The position numbers were made by a program, and so were the translations under genes. A stretch of 64,000 bases of DNA from Octopus vulgaris (taxonomy: Eukaryota), in assembly GCA_951406725.2 (NCBI GenBank), contig OX597815.1:187798001-187862000 (forward strand), in the 5' to 3' direction. The notes beneath the pieces were generated by a model, which was given only the letters and a program-made list of their open reading frames with translations, was not told where the DNA came from and made no database searches. Positions 38,717 to 51,485 of this stretch are shown here, in pieces (the first letter of the stretch is position 1; every line of letters begins with the position of its first letter).

Positions 38717-38717
38717 C

Positions 38718-38748
<31 letters not shown>

Positions 38749-38853
38749 CATACACACATACACATATATATACACTCACACACATATATATATATACACA
38801 CACAGACACATATATACACACACACACATACATATACACACACACACACACAT

Positions 38854-38914
<61 letters not shown>

Positions 38915-38916
38915 CA

Positions 38917-40182
38917 CACAGTATCTATAAAGTCTCTTTGCAATTTCAAAAATATATTACAAAATGAGGAGTAGATGTTGAAGTGTGTTTGTTTCATTTA
39001 ATACAGTTCTATATGGGCAGTATTAGTTGCACAAAGCACATGAAGGCAGTAATCAATTTCTTACCATGTTTGTTGTAGCATAGCCTTAGAAATGGTGGCA
39101 ATGGCATCAGTGACCCTTTGCTTCAGGTCATTGATGTTATGTATCTTTGATACATGATGTCTTTAACATAACCCCACAGAAAAAAATCCAGGGAATGATA
39201 TTCAAGGAACAAGGTGGCCAGGGAATTGGGCCATCCCTTCCAATCCACCAGTCTGGAAATGTTTGATTTAGGGACCCATGAATATGCAGTCCCTAATGTG
39301 GTGGTGCACCATCCTGCTGGAAAATGATAGCTGGTCGAAGATCATCCAGTTGTGGTGCCACATATTCAGTCGAAAGATGAAGGTAAATATTCACAGAAAT
39401 TGATCTCTGTGAAGAAAAACGGACCAATGATTCAACTGCACATCATCCCACACCAGACGTTCACCCTAGGACTAGCCATATGGGGCCACATGGGGATTTT
39501 CTGATCCCCAGAACCTCACATTATGTGTGTTCAGTTTCCCAGAAACATGAAAGATTGTCTCATCACTAAAGCAAACTTGAGGTGAGGAATGCTGCAGCCA
39601 CAGAAATTCATTCCAGCATGTTAACTGCAAACTCCTTTCACCTTGGTTTATCATTTGGTTCAAGTGCTTGTAAGAGATGCACTTTGTAAGCGTACAATCA
39701 CAAGCTCTTGTGGACTTTGTACACTGTTGATCATGGTAGCATTCAGGCAGCAGTACGTATGGACTTTGTAGGAGAACTAGCAAAGGCTTGTCTTACATGA
39801 TTGACATTTTCCTCAGTTAATTTTGGTCGCCCACTCTTTCTTATATCCAACACTGTTCCTATTTCCATAAATTTCATGTTCCATGCTTGAACTGATGGTG
39901 GATGTCTTCCATAATCAATCCTGTAATTTTGCTGGGTCTGCATGTTTGATTTTGCTTCAGTAAACCATGACACACATTGTGCCTTTTCTTGAGGAGTAGC
40001 CACTAAATTAGGTTTTCATTTAGCAGAAACTTTTCCATCAATAGGGTACCTGAAAAACACATGCAGTGTGGTTAGAAACTTTGATAACCACTGAGTACAC
40101 AGAACAAAGAGGATAAACATATCCCATAATTTGCCTTTGTAATCAATTTTTGAAATTGTAAAGAGTCTTTATGGACATCCTG
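38917..40182 (-). mobile_element. Near full-length decayed Tc1/mariner transposon (DD41D-type)
   Basis: TIRs ATAAAGTCTCTTTGCAATTTCAAAAAT / ATTTTTGAAATTGTAAAGAGTCTTTAT. Reads MATPQEKAQCVSWF...KSGRP, FSDETIFHVSGKLNTHNVRFWGSENPH and FQQDGAPPH...WPP...DFFLWG, with 41 residues between the last two Asp after correcting one frameshift. Confidence 0.9.
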
Positions 40183-40749
40183 TATATATCCACATGCTAT
40201 CAAGGTCAATCATGAATAGTGGACAGAAGGAGATAATCCCTTGTTGATAAAGAGTAAGAAAGTCTTTTCCTCCATTTTCTAGAGAGGCCACTTGTTAGAG
40301 AAGCCATAGGCCAACAGGTTTAGGATCTGAAGAAATGCTGTAAGGCTAAGCGCTTTATGGATATGAAATCTAGGTAACCCCATGGACTGGCCATAACTAT
40401 CATTATCTATATACTCTGCTGTTCTATAACTTAGAGTGTGCTTCCTTTTTGGATTTAAAATTCACTGACGATACATACATAAATACTGAACGATGAGAAT
40501 GAGTGCTCAGCATCTCGGTGATGGATAGAATTTCTTTATTTGTGTATTAAGGCTACCGTTGGTTTCATGTTAAGAAAAAAATATCTTAATAGGTGCAGGA
40601 GTGGCTGTGTGGTAAGAAGCTTGCTTCACAACCACATGGTTCCAGGTTCAGTCCCACTGCATGGCACTTTGAGCAAGTGTCTTCTATAGCCTCAGGCCAA
40701 CCAAAGCTATGTGAATGGATTTGATAGACGGAAACTGAAAAGAAGCCCG

Positions 40750-40782
<33 letters not shown>

Positions 40783-41007
40783 TGCGTGTATTTTTCCCTT
40801 GTTAAAAGGTTTTATTTAATATACATATAGTCATAAACTTCTCATTTATTTAGTTTTTCTTTACTTTATCCCTCCTCTTTCTATAGACTACCTCTGACGT
40901 TATATCCTATAACGTTTTTTTGAAACAATATTAATAGCGTTCAGTTAATCACTATACATATCCATCATTTTCTGTTAAAATGTCTTATTGATGAGTTTCA
41001 TTTCTTC

Positions 41008-41096
41008 ACTTCCCTGAAGAGAAGATTACATTGTTTTACACCATTTTATTCCTTTGGAATAATATCAGTGATATCTTCGAAACATGTGTCGGAAGT
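41008..41096 (+). ncRNA. Minimal type-I hammerhead ribozyme with extended stem II
   Basis: Stem I ACTTCC (41008-13) / GGAAGT (41091-96); core CTGAAGA (41014-20); stem II GAAGAT (41021-26) / ATCTTC (41073-78); GAAA (41079-82); stem III AC-atgt-GT; cleavage triplet GTC (41088-90). Confidence 0.85.
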
Positions 41097-41590
41097 AAAA
41101 GAATTTGAATTACACCTGCGTTAAACTCCATTTATTTTTATATATATGTATGTATGTATTTGTGTGTGTCCCCCCACCATCGCTTGACAACCAAATTTGG
41201 TGTGTTTATGTCCCCATAACTTAGTGGTTTGGCAAAAGAGCCCTATAGAATAAGTACTAGGCTTACAAAGAATAAATAGAAGAGTAAAAATCTTAACAAT
41301 TTTTCAAACCAATCACATGGAGGAATGGTGTTCATCTCCATTTTGGATAAAAACTTTATATATATATATATACAGTTTTTTTGTTTTATTACAAAGACAG
41401 TGCTCAGGTAGGCAACTGAACATGTTAGATATATATATCTATCATCTTTAAAAGGAGAATTCAAGCAGGTTTAACAATTTAGAATAAGAATGCAACATAT
41501 ACTCAGCCATAAAACCGGTGTATGCAAATTATTAGAAATTTACTGATATATAAAAATATAATAGACATATATAATAGACATATAATGCTC

Positions 41591-42829
41591 GGGAGCATTA
41601 ACCTCTGAAAATCTGCAGAAAACAACATCCGTCACTTTCCAGGGGGAAAAACTAGAAGTAGTTGATAGCTTCCGTTATCTTGGTGACTAAGTCAGTAGTG
41701 GGGGTGGGTGTGCTGAAAGTGTAACGGCTAGAGTAAGAATAGCCTGGGCAAAGTTTAGGGCGCTCTTACCTCTGCTGGTGACTAAAGGCCTCTCGCTCAG
41801 AGTAAAAGGCAGACTGTATGATGCATGTGTACAAACAGCCATGCTACATGGCAGTGAAACATGGGCCGTGACTGCTGAGGACATGCGTAAGCTCACGAGA
41901 AATGAAGCCAGTATGCTCCGATGGATGTGTAATGTCAGTGTGCATGCTCGACAGAGCGTTAGTACCCTGAGAGAAATGTTGGACCTAAGAAGCATCAGTT
42001 GTGGTGTGCAAGAGAGATGATTGCGCTGGTATGGTCATGTGGCGAGAATGGATGAAGATAGGTGTGTGAAAAAGTGCCAATCCCTAGCAGTGGAGGGAAC
42101 CCGTGGAATAGGTAGACCCAGGAAAACTTGGGACGAGGTGGTGAAGCATGACCTTCGAACTTTAGGTCTCACTGAGGAAATGACCAGCGACCGAGACCTT
42201 TGGAAATATGCTGTGCGTGAAAAGACCAGGCAGGACAAGTGAGTACAGCCCACTTATGCATGCCTTTCCTCCCTTGGACACACAAAGACCTGTTGAGGCA
42301 AGCGAAGTCGATATCGAACCTCATCCGACGACAGGCACCTATGCCTACACCCCTTTGCTTGCGAAGACCTGTTGGGGCAAGTGAAATCGGAATCGAAATT
42401 GAACCAATCCTATGACTGGCACCCGGCAGATGCCAGGACCCCTGGACTGGAGATACGTAAAAAGCACTATCCGAATCGTGGCCGATGCCAGCACCACCTC
42501 GACTGGCTTCCGTGTCGGTGGCACGTAAAAAGCACCATCCGAATCGTGGCCGAAGCCAGTGCCGCCTCGACTGGCTTCCGTGCAGGTGGCACGTAAAATG
42601 CACCAATCCGACCGTGGCCGATGCCAGCCTCGCCTGGCACCAGTGCAGGTGGCACGTAAAAAGCACCCACTACATTCACGGAGTGGTTGGCGTTAGGAAG
42701 GGCATCCAGCTGTAGAAACATTGCCAGATAAGACCAGAGCTTGGTGCAGCCTTCTGGCTTCCCAGATCCCCGGTCGAACCGTCCAACCCATGCTAGCATG
42801 GAGAACGGACATTAAACGATGATGATGAT
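41591..42829 (+). pseudogene. 5'-truncated RTE LINE, the best-preserved copy in the window
   Basis: GEKLEVVDSFRYLGD*VSSGGGCAESVTARVRIAWAKF...LHGSETWAVT...R*LRWYGHVARMDEDR...GRPRKTW, ending at 42242, then a tandem-unit 3'UTR and (GAT)n tail. Confidence 0.92.
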
Positions 42830-42979
42830 GGGTAGAAAAACTATAGTGATATATAAAAATATATATATATGTATATACATATGAGTTCAGCAAAATTTAG
42901 ATTCAGATGAATATGGTACTTAAGTTGAAGGCACCAGAATTTAGTATGGTATTATCCATACAATTTAAAATGAGGTGAT

Positions 42980-43136
42980 TATAATCAAAATAAGCAACAA
43001 GGATATCCAGAGGTAATGCAGTATGATCATTTCATGCGACTCCATTTAATTGTTTGCATTGATCAATTAAATGGAGTCGCATGAAATGATCATACTGCAT
43101 TACCTCTGGATATCCTTGTTGCTTATTTTGATTATA
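42980..43136. repeat. Perfect 73-bp inverted repeat with 11-nt spacer
   Basis: Arms 42980-43052 and 43064-43136 are exact reverse complements; spacer TTTGCATTGAT. Confidence 0.95.
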
Positions 43137-45865
43137 TGTATATATATCTATTTCTTTATTGCCCACAGGGAATTAAACATAGAGGGGACAAACAAAGAGA
43201 GACAAAGGCATTAAGTCTATTACATCGACCCCAGTGCATAACTGGTACTTATTTAATCGACCCCGAAAGGATGAAAGGCAAAGTCGACCTTGGCGGAATC
43301 TGAACTCAGAACATAACAGTAGATGAAATACCACTAAGCATTTCACCTGGCGTGCTAACGATTCTGCCAGCTTGGCGCACTTATATATGTATATATATAT
43401 TGAAACCATAATGATATCCATGGGGCAGCCGATGATAGAGGTGTGTTGGATTGTTGGTATGGCTGTGGAATAGTATTATAACACATCTTGTTGATGGATT
43501 TGGTTTGCAAGATTCTTTATATGAGTTTGTGTGTGAAGCATATTCTTGTGTCTCAGGAGAGTCATTTTCCTTTTGTGCCTTATAATGTAACACACTCATC
43601 AGTGAAATTTTCACTTATTTCTTAATTTCCTAAAATTGTCGTTGCATCTTGCAACCTTTTCAATAGTCTTGACTCTGTCCGTTATTTACACTGCGACTTA
43701 GGAAAATAAAAAAGTGGAAATTTCACCAGTGTTACATTATAAGGCACAAAAAGATGACTCTCCCCAGACACAGCATTTTGTTTATTTATAAATATATATA
43801 TATGTTTGTTTTTGTTTAGTTATAATAAAAATAATTTTACATAAATCTGATGGATTATACTATACTTTAGTAGAGTAGGAATTTAATATCTTTAAACAAG
43901 AAAGTTATTGATAGTGACTTCGAAGTTTCAACCAGCTAAGCTATCAAAGTCATTGTCAATAATATTCATGCATCTCTATATGTGTTTGTCCCCACGAGCT
44001 ACAAACTGGCAGAAACGTTAGCACGCTGGGCGAAATGCTTAGCAGTATTTCGTCTACCGTTATGTTCTGAGTTCAAATTCCGCTGAGGCTGACTTTGCCT
44101 TTCAGGGTCGATTAAATAAGTACCAGCTATACACTGGGGGGTCAATGTAATAGACTTAACACCTTTGTTTGTCCCCTCTATGTTTAGCCCCTTGTGGGCA
44201 ATAAAGAAATATATATGTGTTTCTTCCCCACCACTGCTTGACAACTTAGCAGTTTGGCAAAAGAAACCAAGATATTAAATACCAGGCTGAAAATCATAAG
44301 TATCAGAGTTAATTTAACTAAAAATTCTTCAAGGCAACACTTCAGCATGGCCACAGTCTCATGACTGAAATAGACAAGAAAGAGTAAAAGATATACATAT
44401 TATTAACATCTTCATTGTTCTCAAACTAGAGTGTTGTCTGTCATATGAGGAGTAACTTTAGAAGTATACTTCCACAACCATGGGTAATTTGATACAAGTT
44501 GGATTATAATTATTTACGAATGCCATATCTCTTGATATCACCTTTGGTGGTGGAAACGTATTAATATTGTAGCAGTTGGAAGAGTTTGCTGTAAGGTTTT
44601 AAGTTAGTAAATACCCTGGTGATTAATGCTAAGAAAAGGGTGGGAGGGAATACTCAACTAATGAAAACCTTATTTGAAAAGTATCTAAGGAAAATATACA
44701 TTCCAATTAATATTAATTACTACGGAGGCTTTCTCAGTAATTTCTAACTGCTCTGTCATTTATCCTTCTTCCCCCCTCTTCCTCCTCCCAACCCTCTTCT
44801 CCTCCTCCCCTCTGTCATATAAGTGTGTGTGTCTTTGTCCCCCACCACTGCTTGACAACTGGTGTTGGTGTGTTTATGTCCCTGTAACTTAGCAGTTCAG
44901 CAAAAGAGACCAATAAACTAAGTACCTGGCTTAAAAGAAAAATAAGTGCTGGGGGTGGGGGGGTCAATTCATTCATCTAGAAATTCTTCCCAGCCATGCT
45001 CCAGTATGGCTGCAATCTAATGACTGAAAAATGTAAAAGATAAAGGATAAATGGATTATTGAAATTTTGTAAATGAGAAACTTTCTCAAAGGCATTTGTA
45101 CAATTTTAATAGCAATAACCAACATTTTACTGACTCAGTCACTTCTCATCCATATTTCAACTAAAAAAAAATAAAGACCCCCTTCAGTTGTGAATGACAA
45201 TGGGACTGCACCTAGAAAGTTCCCCTCTGAGGTACAAGTCTGGGCAAGACTGTTCATGGAAGGCCAGCAGTCACCCATGCATACCAGTTTCCCCTCTCTA
45301 TGCCGCCGATGTTACCCAAGGCAAAGGTCAATACAGCTCATTTCTATAGCTGAGTGAACTGGAGCAATGTGAAATAAAGTGTCTTGCTCAAGAACACAAC
45401 ACACAGCCTGGTCTGGGTATTGAACTCACTACCTCGTAATTGTCAGTCCAATGCTCCAAACACTGAGCCAGGCACCTTCACCATATTTTAACTAGAATAC
45501 TTGAAATTTACAAGATGCTACAATTGTATTTGTTCATCTTTAAATATATCAAAGTCATTGGAATTATGTCTATAAGTTGCTGTTATTGATCAACCACACA
45601 CTTAGGCAGAAAGAGCTGAAAGAACCTCTAAGTAGTTGCTTAATCTACTAAAAATGGCAGTCCAATCTTCAAAATTAATCCTTCCAATCAGCTGTTGATG
45701 ATCCACTCCTGGATGGGTGAAATCCTTAACCCTTTCGAAGCCAACCAGCTGAAATTGTCCCTATCCTTTTGATATAAACTTCTTTTTTTAAAGCGATCGA
45801 CTTAAAACTTTCGAAATTTCATGTTAATTTATGTTCCATGCATCAACTTAATAATGACCAAATTA

Positions 45866-46367
45866 CAAGGGGGTACTGAAAAGTTCCTGGCTTTAAGGGT
45901 ATCATGAAAGGCCTGGTTGCATGCCCAGCCTTCTGAGTTCTTTTACAGGGCTTAAGAAAACTGAAGGACCACAGCAATAAGCATGTGAATCTGAGCGGGG
46001 AATTTTTTTTTCTCGCCCTTTTCAAGTCTAGCCAGGATCATGGGCCCAGTTTCCCGGTTTCTGTGGCGTATGTGTTCCCCCCAGCTGGACAGGACACCAG
46101 TCCATCACAGCGTTACTCAAGAAACAGGAAAAGAGAGTGTGAGAGAAAGTTGTGGCGAAAGAGTACAACAGGGGTCGCCCACCAACCCCTGCTGGAGCCC
46201 AGTCTGGGAATCGAAACCGCGATCCTCCGACTGCAAGTCCGGTGCCCCTAACCACTGGTCTATTGTGCCTCCACCCTGAGAGGGGAATATGTTGCATAAA
46301 ATCATAATTAACTTATCTTCCTGTATTTTCTTTTACTCAAAACCAGGAACTTTTCAGTATCCTCTTG
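45866..46367. mobile_element. Mariner-like MITE, nested in a piggyBac-like MITE and hosting a SINE
   Basis: TA-CAAGGGGGTACTGAAAAGTTCCTGG / CCAGGAACTTTTCAGTATCCTCTTG-TA. Confidence 0.85.
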
Positions 46368-47701
46368 TATTTTAATTCTTCAATATTTTCAAAATGAATT
46401 AAAACAAACTCAGTATGTTTCAACAGAAATATGGTAACAAGAAGGTCAACATGACATTGTCAACTTACATATGCTGGTTGTGTGCCTGTCCTGTTTTATG
46501 CTGGGCAGTTGTAAATTGGATGGGATTACGAATGTTAATCACCTGTAGTAAGGTAATTGACTCTGGCCACTGGCACCTGCAGTTCACCTGACAGCAGCAG
46601 TTCTCAACCATCCTTTTGCTGTCCTCTGATGATTTCTCTCTATAAATACAACAAAATTTTTCTTGAATTGATTTGTTTATTTATTTTGGTGTGGACCCCT
46701 AAAAAAAATCCAGGGTTTGCATCTGACCTGGATACTAATAATATTTGTAAGTGAGATAATTATTGCAGGAATTTGTAAAAATTAATCCTCTCATAATTTT
46801 AAGACTGTTATAATTTTATGAAACCTTGTTCATAATTTTTGAAATGATGAAATTAGATATAAAAATCTCTAAATCAGGTTTTACAAATTAGTGTTCCATC
46901 AATCTGATTCTTCATTAATTCTCATTTTATTCAAAATTCTGCTTCCTTTTTCAATACTAATTTGTCATTTCAAATTAATTCATCATTGCTTTTAATATCC
47001 AGAAAATTATATTTCTTGTCATCTCTCCAAAATGCCATGAATTCAAACTTTGATAAATGTATTGTTGTGCTTGCAAATAAGCTTCACTTCTGCATAGACC
47101 AGTCTTGCTAAATAGTCTCTTGGAAAATTCACGGTAATCGATTTTAAAGTCTTTATTCACAAAATCTTTGCATATTTCAATAAAATATGGAATCTTGCAA
47201 TATTTTGTGGAAGAATTTGGTAAGTTGACTTGTCATAAAGAATGAAAATTCTAACATTCTGGATCCTTACCAATTCTAACCTTCTGAATCCTCCTGAGAG
47301 TTAAGAAGAGAAAGAAAGATTAAGTGGTATTGTTGCTGCTTGCATCCAAAATTACAACACTTTCAGATGAAGAAGAAAGGCTCAAAATATTAGATTATCC
47401 ATGCTTCACATCAATTTTTAAATTCATTTAACAATTTTTGTTTTTGTTATATATATAAAAGTGATCTGCTGTTTCGGTCATTACTATGATTTCTTACATA
47501 GACACAAAATGAGGAATTTGAGGGAGGAACCTTATGTATTTATTTTACCAAAATCCCAGCAGGATGAAAGCCAAAGTTAATCTTGGTATGATTTGAAATC
47601 TCTGCATAAAGATTGTAACTAAATGAATATTGCATTGTGTGCTAATGATTTTTGCCAACTACTACTAATACTAATACTAATAATAATAATAAAAACAACA
47701 A

Positions 47702-48068
47702 CAAGCACTCAGAGAGCACAAACCTCCGCCAAGGCAACACCAACGTCCTCTCAATGATTAGCTGGAGATGATTTTTAAAATGAGAATATCTGAAATGAAC
47801 TCGACTGCTCTCACAAATGAGAATACTAAAAATGAACCCAACTGCTCACAAAATTTAAATAAAAAAACTAAAAAAATAATCCAGAATCCTTGTCCGGTAC
47901 CAGATCAATCCCCAAATCTACCCAGTTCATGCCAGTCATGAGGCCAAACATCATTGAAAGTTTCATCCAAATCCATCCAGCGGTTCTTGAGATATCCTGT
48001 CCATAGACAAACAAACAAACAAACACGACTGAAAACAATACTTCCGCCTTAGCAAAGGCAGAGGTACT
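47702..48068. mobile_element. Helentron/HINE-like non-autonomous element
   Basis: Subterminal ACCTCCGCC pairs with terminal GGCAGAGGT; 3' hairpin CTTCCGCCTT-AGCA-AAGGCAGAGG; internal (CAAA)n. Confidence 0.55.
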
Positions 48069-48079
48069 AATTCTTTGGT

Positions 48080-51000
48080 AGCTCTGTGGAAATCACAGCC
48101 TACTAAGAGAAAAGACACGGTGTGAGCAAACCCCAGAAGGAGTCAACAAAAATGAGAATTGCAAAATACTGTGGGATGCACTGATCCAGTGTGATCACCT
48201 GATCAGGCATAGGAAATTAAACATTGAATTGGGTGAATAAATAAGAAAGATAATCAACATTGCATACCCCAGTGACAACAGGATTAATGTGAAAGAAGAA
48301 GAAATAAGGTTGTGGTCAATGAAGAGAGTAGACGCGATACCAATAGTAATTGCTGCACTTGGAAGTATCAGCACTCAAGTACTAACATAGCTGAAAAAGT
48401 ACAAGGCCTTAAATTTAGGGAAAGGAATTAAGTCGATTACAACAACCCCAGTGTGTAACTGGTATTTATTTAATCAACCCAAAAAGGATGAAAGGAAAAG
48501 TCAACCTTGGCAGAATTTGAACTCAGAACATAGTGGCAGATGAAATACCGTTAAGCATGCTCACGATTCTGCCATCTCACCACCTTAAAACTACTACTAT
48601 GAATAATAATAATAATAATCCTTTTTACTAAAGGCACAAGGTCTGACATTTTGGGAGAGGGGACTAGTTAATTATATCAACTCCGAAAGGATGAAAGACA
48701 AAACCAACCTCATCAGAATTTGAACTCAGAACGAAATGATGAAGGAAATACCACCAAGCATTTTGCCCAGTATGCTAATGGTTCTGCCAGCTCACTACTT
48801 TAATAATAGTAATATGCCAATACTCACAAATTGAGGAATTAAGGCCAATAGGCCGGATATAGTTGTCAGAGATCATCAAGAAAAAAATGCTTTCTAATCA
48901 ATGTGTCAATACCAACAGATGACAACATTTCTCTAAAAGAAACAGAGAAACTTACGAAATAGAGGTAACTTGAATGCGGATCCTAAAAACAGAAACAATT
49001 CCAATCATAATAGGCACATTAGGTATGAAAAAAAATATTCAGACAAATACATAACAAAAACACCAGGACTAACAAGTATATATAATATATAGAAAATAGC
49101 ACTACTAGGCACCACACACATCCTACACTTTCAATACAGTAAAAATAAGAGCATCGCAACAAACCAGAGCACATACCCAAGACACACAGAGCTGCAATGA
49201 AAGCACATGATAAAAATAAGACTACTGAATAATTATAATGATTTCATTTATTTACCACAAAATCGAAATTGATCAACATCAATGGAAATTGCAGCTGTGA
49301 TACCAGTGCCGGTGGTACGTAAGATAACCATCCGAACGTGGCCATTGCCAGCGCCGCCGCGACTGGCCTCGTGCCGGTGGCACGTAAACAGCACCATCTG
49401 ATTGTGGCCGTCGCCAGCCTCTCCTGGCCCCCGTGCTGGTGGCACGTAAAAAGCACATCCGAGCGTGGCCGTTCGCCAGCCTCGTCGAGCACCTGTGCCG
49501 GTGGCATGTAAAAAGCACCCACTACACTCACGGAGTGGTTGGTGTTAGGAAGGGCATCCAGCCGTAGAAACACTGCCAGATCAAACTGGGCCTGGTGCAG
49601 CCTTCTGGCTTCCCAGACCCCAGTTGAACCGCCCAACCCATGCTAGCATGGAAAGCGAATGCTAAACAAAGATGATGATGATGATGATGAAGGGTGAAGG
49701 ATCAGGGGACAATACAAAGGCAGACAAAGTGTGGGGGTTTACATGTAATGAAATGTTAGAAAGAAAGTATACACTGAAAAAGAAGGGACATATGCATAGC
49801 ATACAAAGGTTTAAAAAGAAAAAGAAGTGGCAGGGAGGATGACAGAAATGTGACCCTCCTGATACAGGAAGGCCTCTAGGGATAATCAAAGAACCCCACT
49901 GTCCAATGAAAATAAAATTGCAAGAATTTGGAGAATGTAAACTGTAAAGGCTGTGCTTGTAGTAATTGGTGCATTGGGAATTGTAAGTAAAGATATAGAG
50001 GAATGATTGATCAAGATTGGAATAGAATGTCCTTGCCTCTTAGGGACAGGAAAAATTATCGAGAGGGTTTTAAGCACTTGAAAGATCATTGAAAGCTTGT
50101 GGATACCTAAGGTTACAGGTAGCAATCCACTACTCACATAAATTCTAACAGGAATAAGGATGAACCTGAGTCAAATCACCATTAATGAAGTGCAGAATTA
50201 ACAATGTGTGGTGTGAGGGGTGAAATGGTATGGCACATTGTTAGCAAATGCCCGAAATTGGCACAATGCAAATATAAATGATGCCATGACAATGTGGCAT
50301 GAATGACCCATTGGGAGCTATGTGGAAATCACGGCCTACAAAGAGAAAAGACGCAGTATGAGCGAACCCCAGAAGGAGTCAACAAAAATGAGAATTGCAA
50401 AATAGTGGGGGATGCAATGATCTAGTGCAATGACCTGACCAGGCATAGGAAACCAGACATTGATGTGGTGAATAAACAAGGAAGATAATCGACATTGCAT
50501 ACCCTGGTAACAACAGGATCAATGTGAAAGAAGAAGAAATAAACAACTATGATAATTTAAAGTGAGAAATAAGAAGATTGTGGTCAATGAAGAGAGTAGA
50601 TGTGATACCAATAGTAATTGGTGCATTTGGAAGTATCAGCACTCAACTACCAGCATAGCTGAAAAAGATTGGTACAAGTGTGAAGGTAGAACACCTACAA
50701 AAATCAGCATTGCTTGGAACTGCAAGAATTCTTCACAGGGTTCTAGAAGCATGACCAGTAAACAAGTGTCACCTTAGTCTGCTGGTTGTGGACAATTGAC
50801 ACTTTCCATCATGCCCAGCAAAATAAGCTGTGAGTTTTCATATAATAATAATAATCTTCTTTTCTACTCTAGGCACAAGGCCCAGAATTTTAGGGGATGG
50901 GACCAGTTGATTGGATTGACCCCAGTACACAACTGGTACTTAATTTATCAACCCCGAAAGAATGAAAGGTAAAGTCAACCCCAGTGGAATTTGAACTCAG

Positions 51001-51485
51001 AATGCAAAGACGGACAAAATACCAGTAAGTATACCGGTAAGTATTTTGCTCAGCGTGCTAACCATTCTGCCAGCTCACTGCCTTGATGATAATAATAATG
51101 ATAATAATAATGATGATAATGATAAAGAGAACAGAAAGTGCCAGATAATTGACTTTACAGTCACAAATGATGAGAAAATCAATATGAGATGTATAGAAAA
51201 AATAGCAAAGTACCAGGACCTAGCTATTGAATTACAGAGACTATGGAAAGTGTGGGTAAAATGTATCTCAAAAGCTATAGGTGCATTGGGAACTATCCCT
51301 AAAGTCTGAACAGATAGATAGATAGAGGAAATAGGTATAAAACCCAGTTTAGTACAGCTCCAGAAAACAGTGTTATTAGGGACAGCTAAGATACTTAGGA
51401 GGGTTCTTGGCATCTAAGGTTATTTGGTGTAGCATTATGTTAGGAATTTTTTTTTTTTGCAACAGTCTAATCTATATGAATAATA
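48080..51485 (+). pseudogene. Cluster of about five 3' fragments of R4/Dong-like LINEs with restriction-like endonuclease
   Basis: The best fragment (50200-50756) reads HIVSKCPKLAQ...HDNVA...HRKPDIDVVNK...IIDIAYPG...EIRRLW...VIPIVIGAFGSI...LQKSALLGTARILHRVL. Others at about 48080-48400, 48815-49240, 49900-50200 and 51125-51485. Most end in, or lie beside, (TAA)n. Confidence 0.85.
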
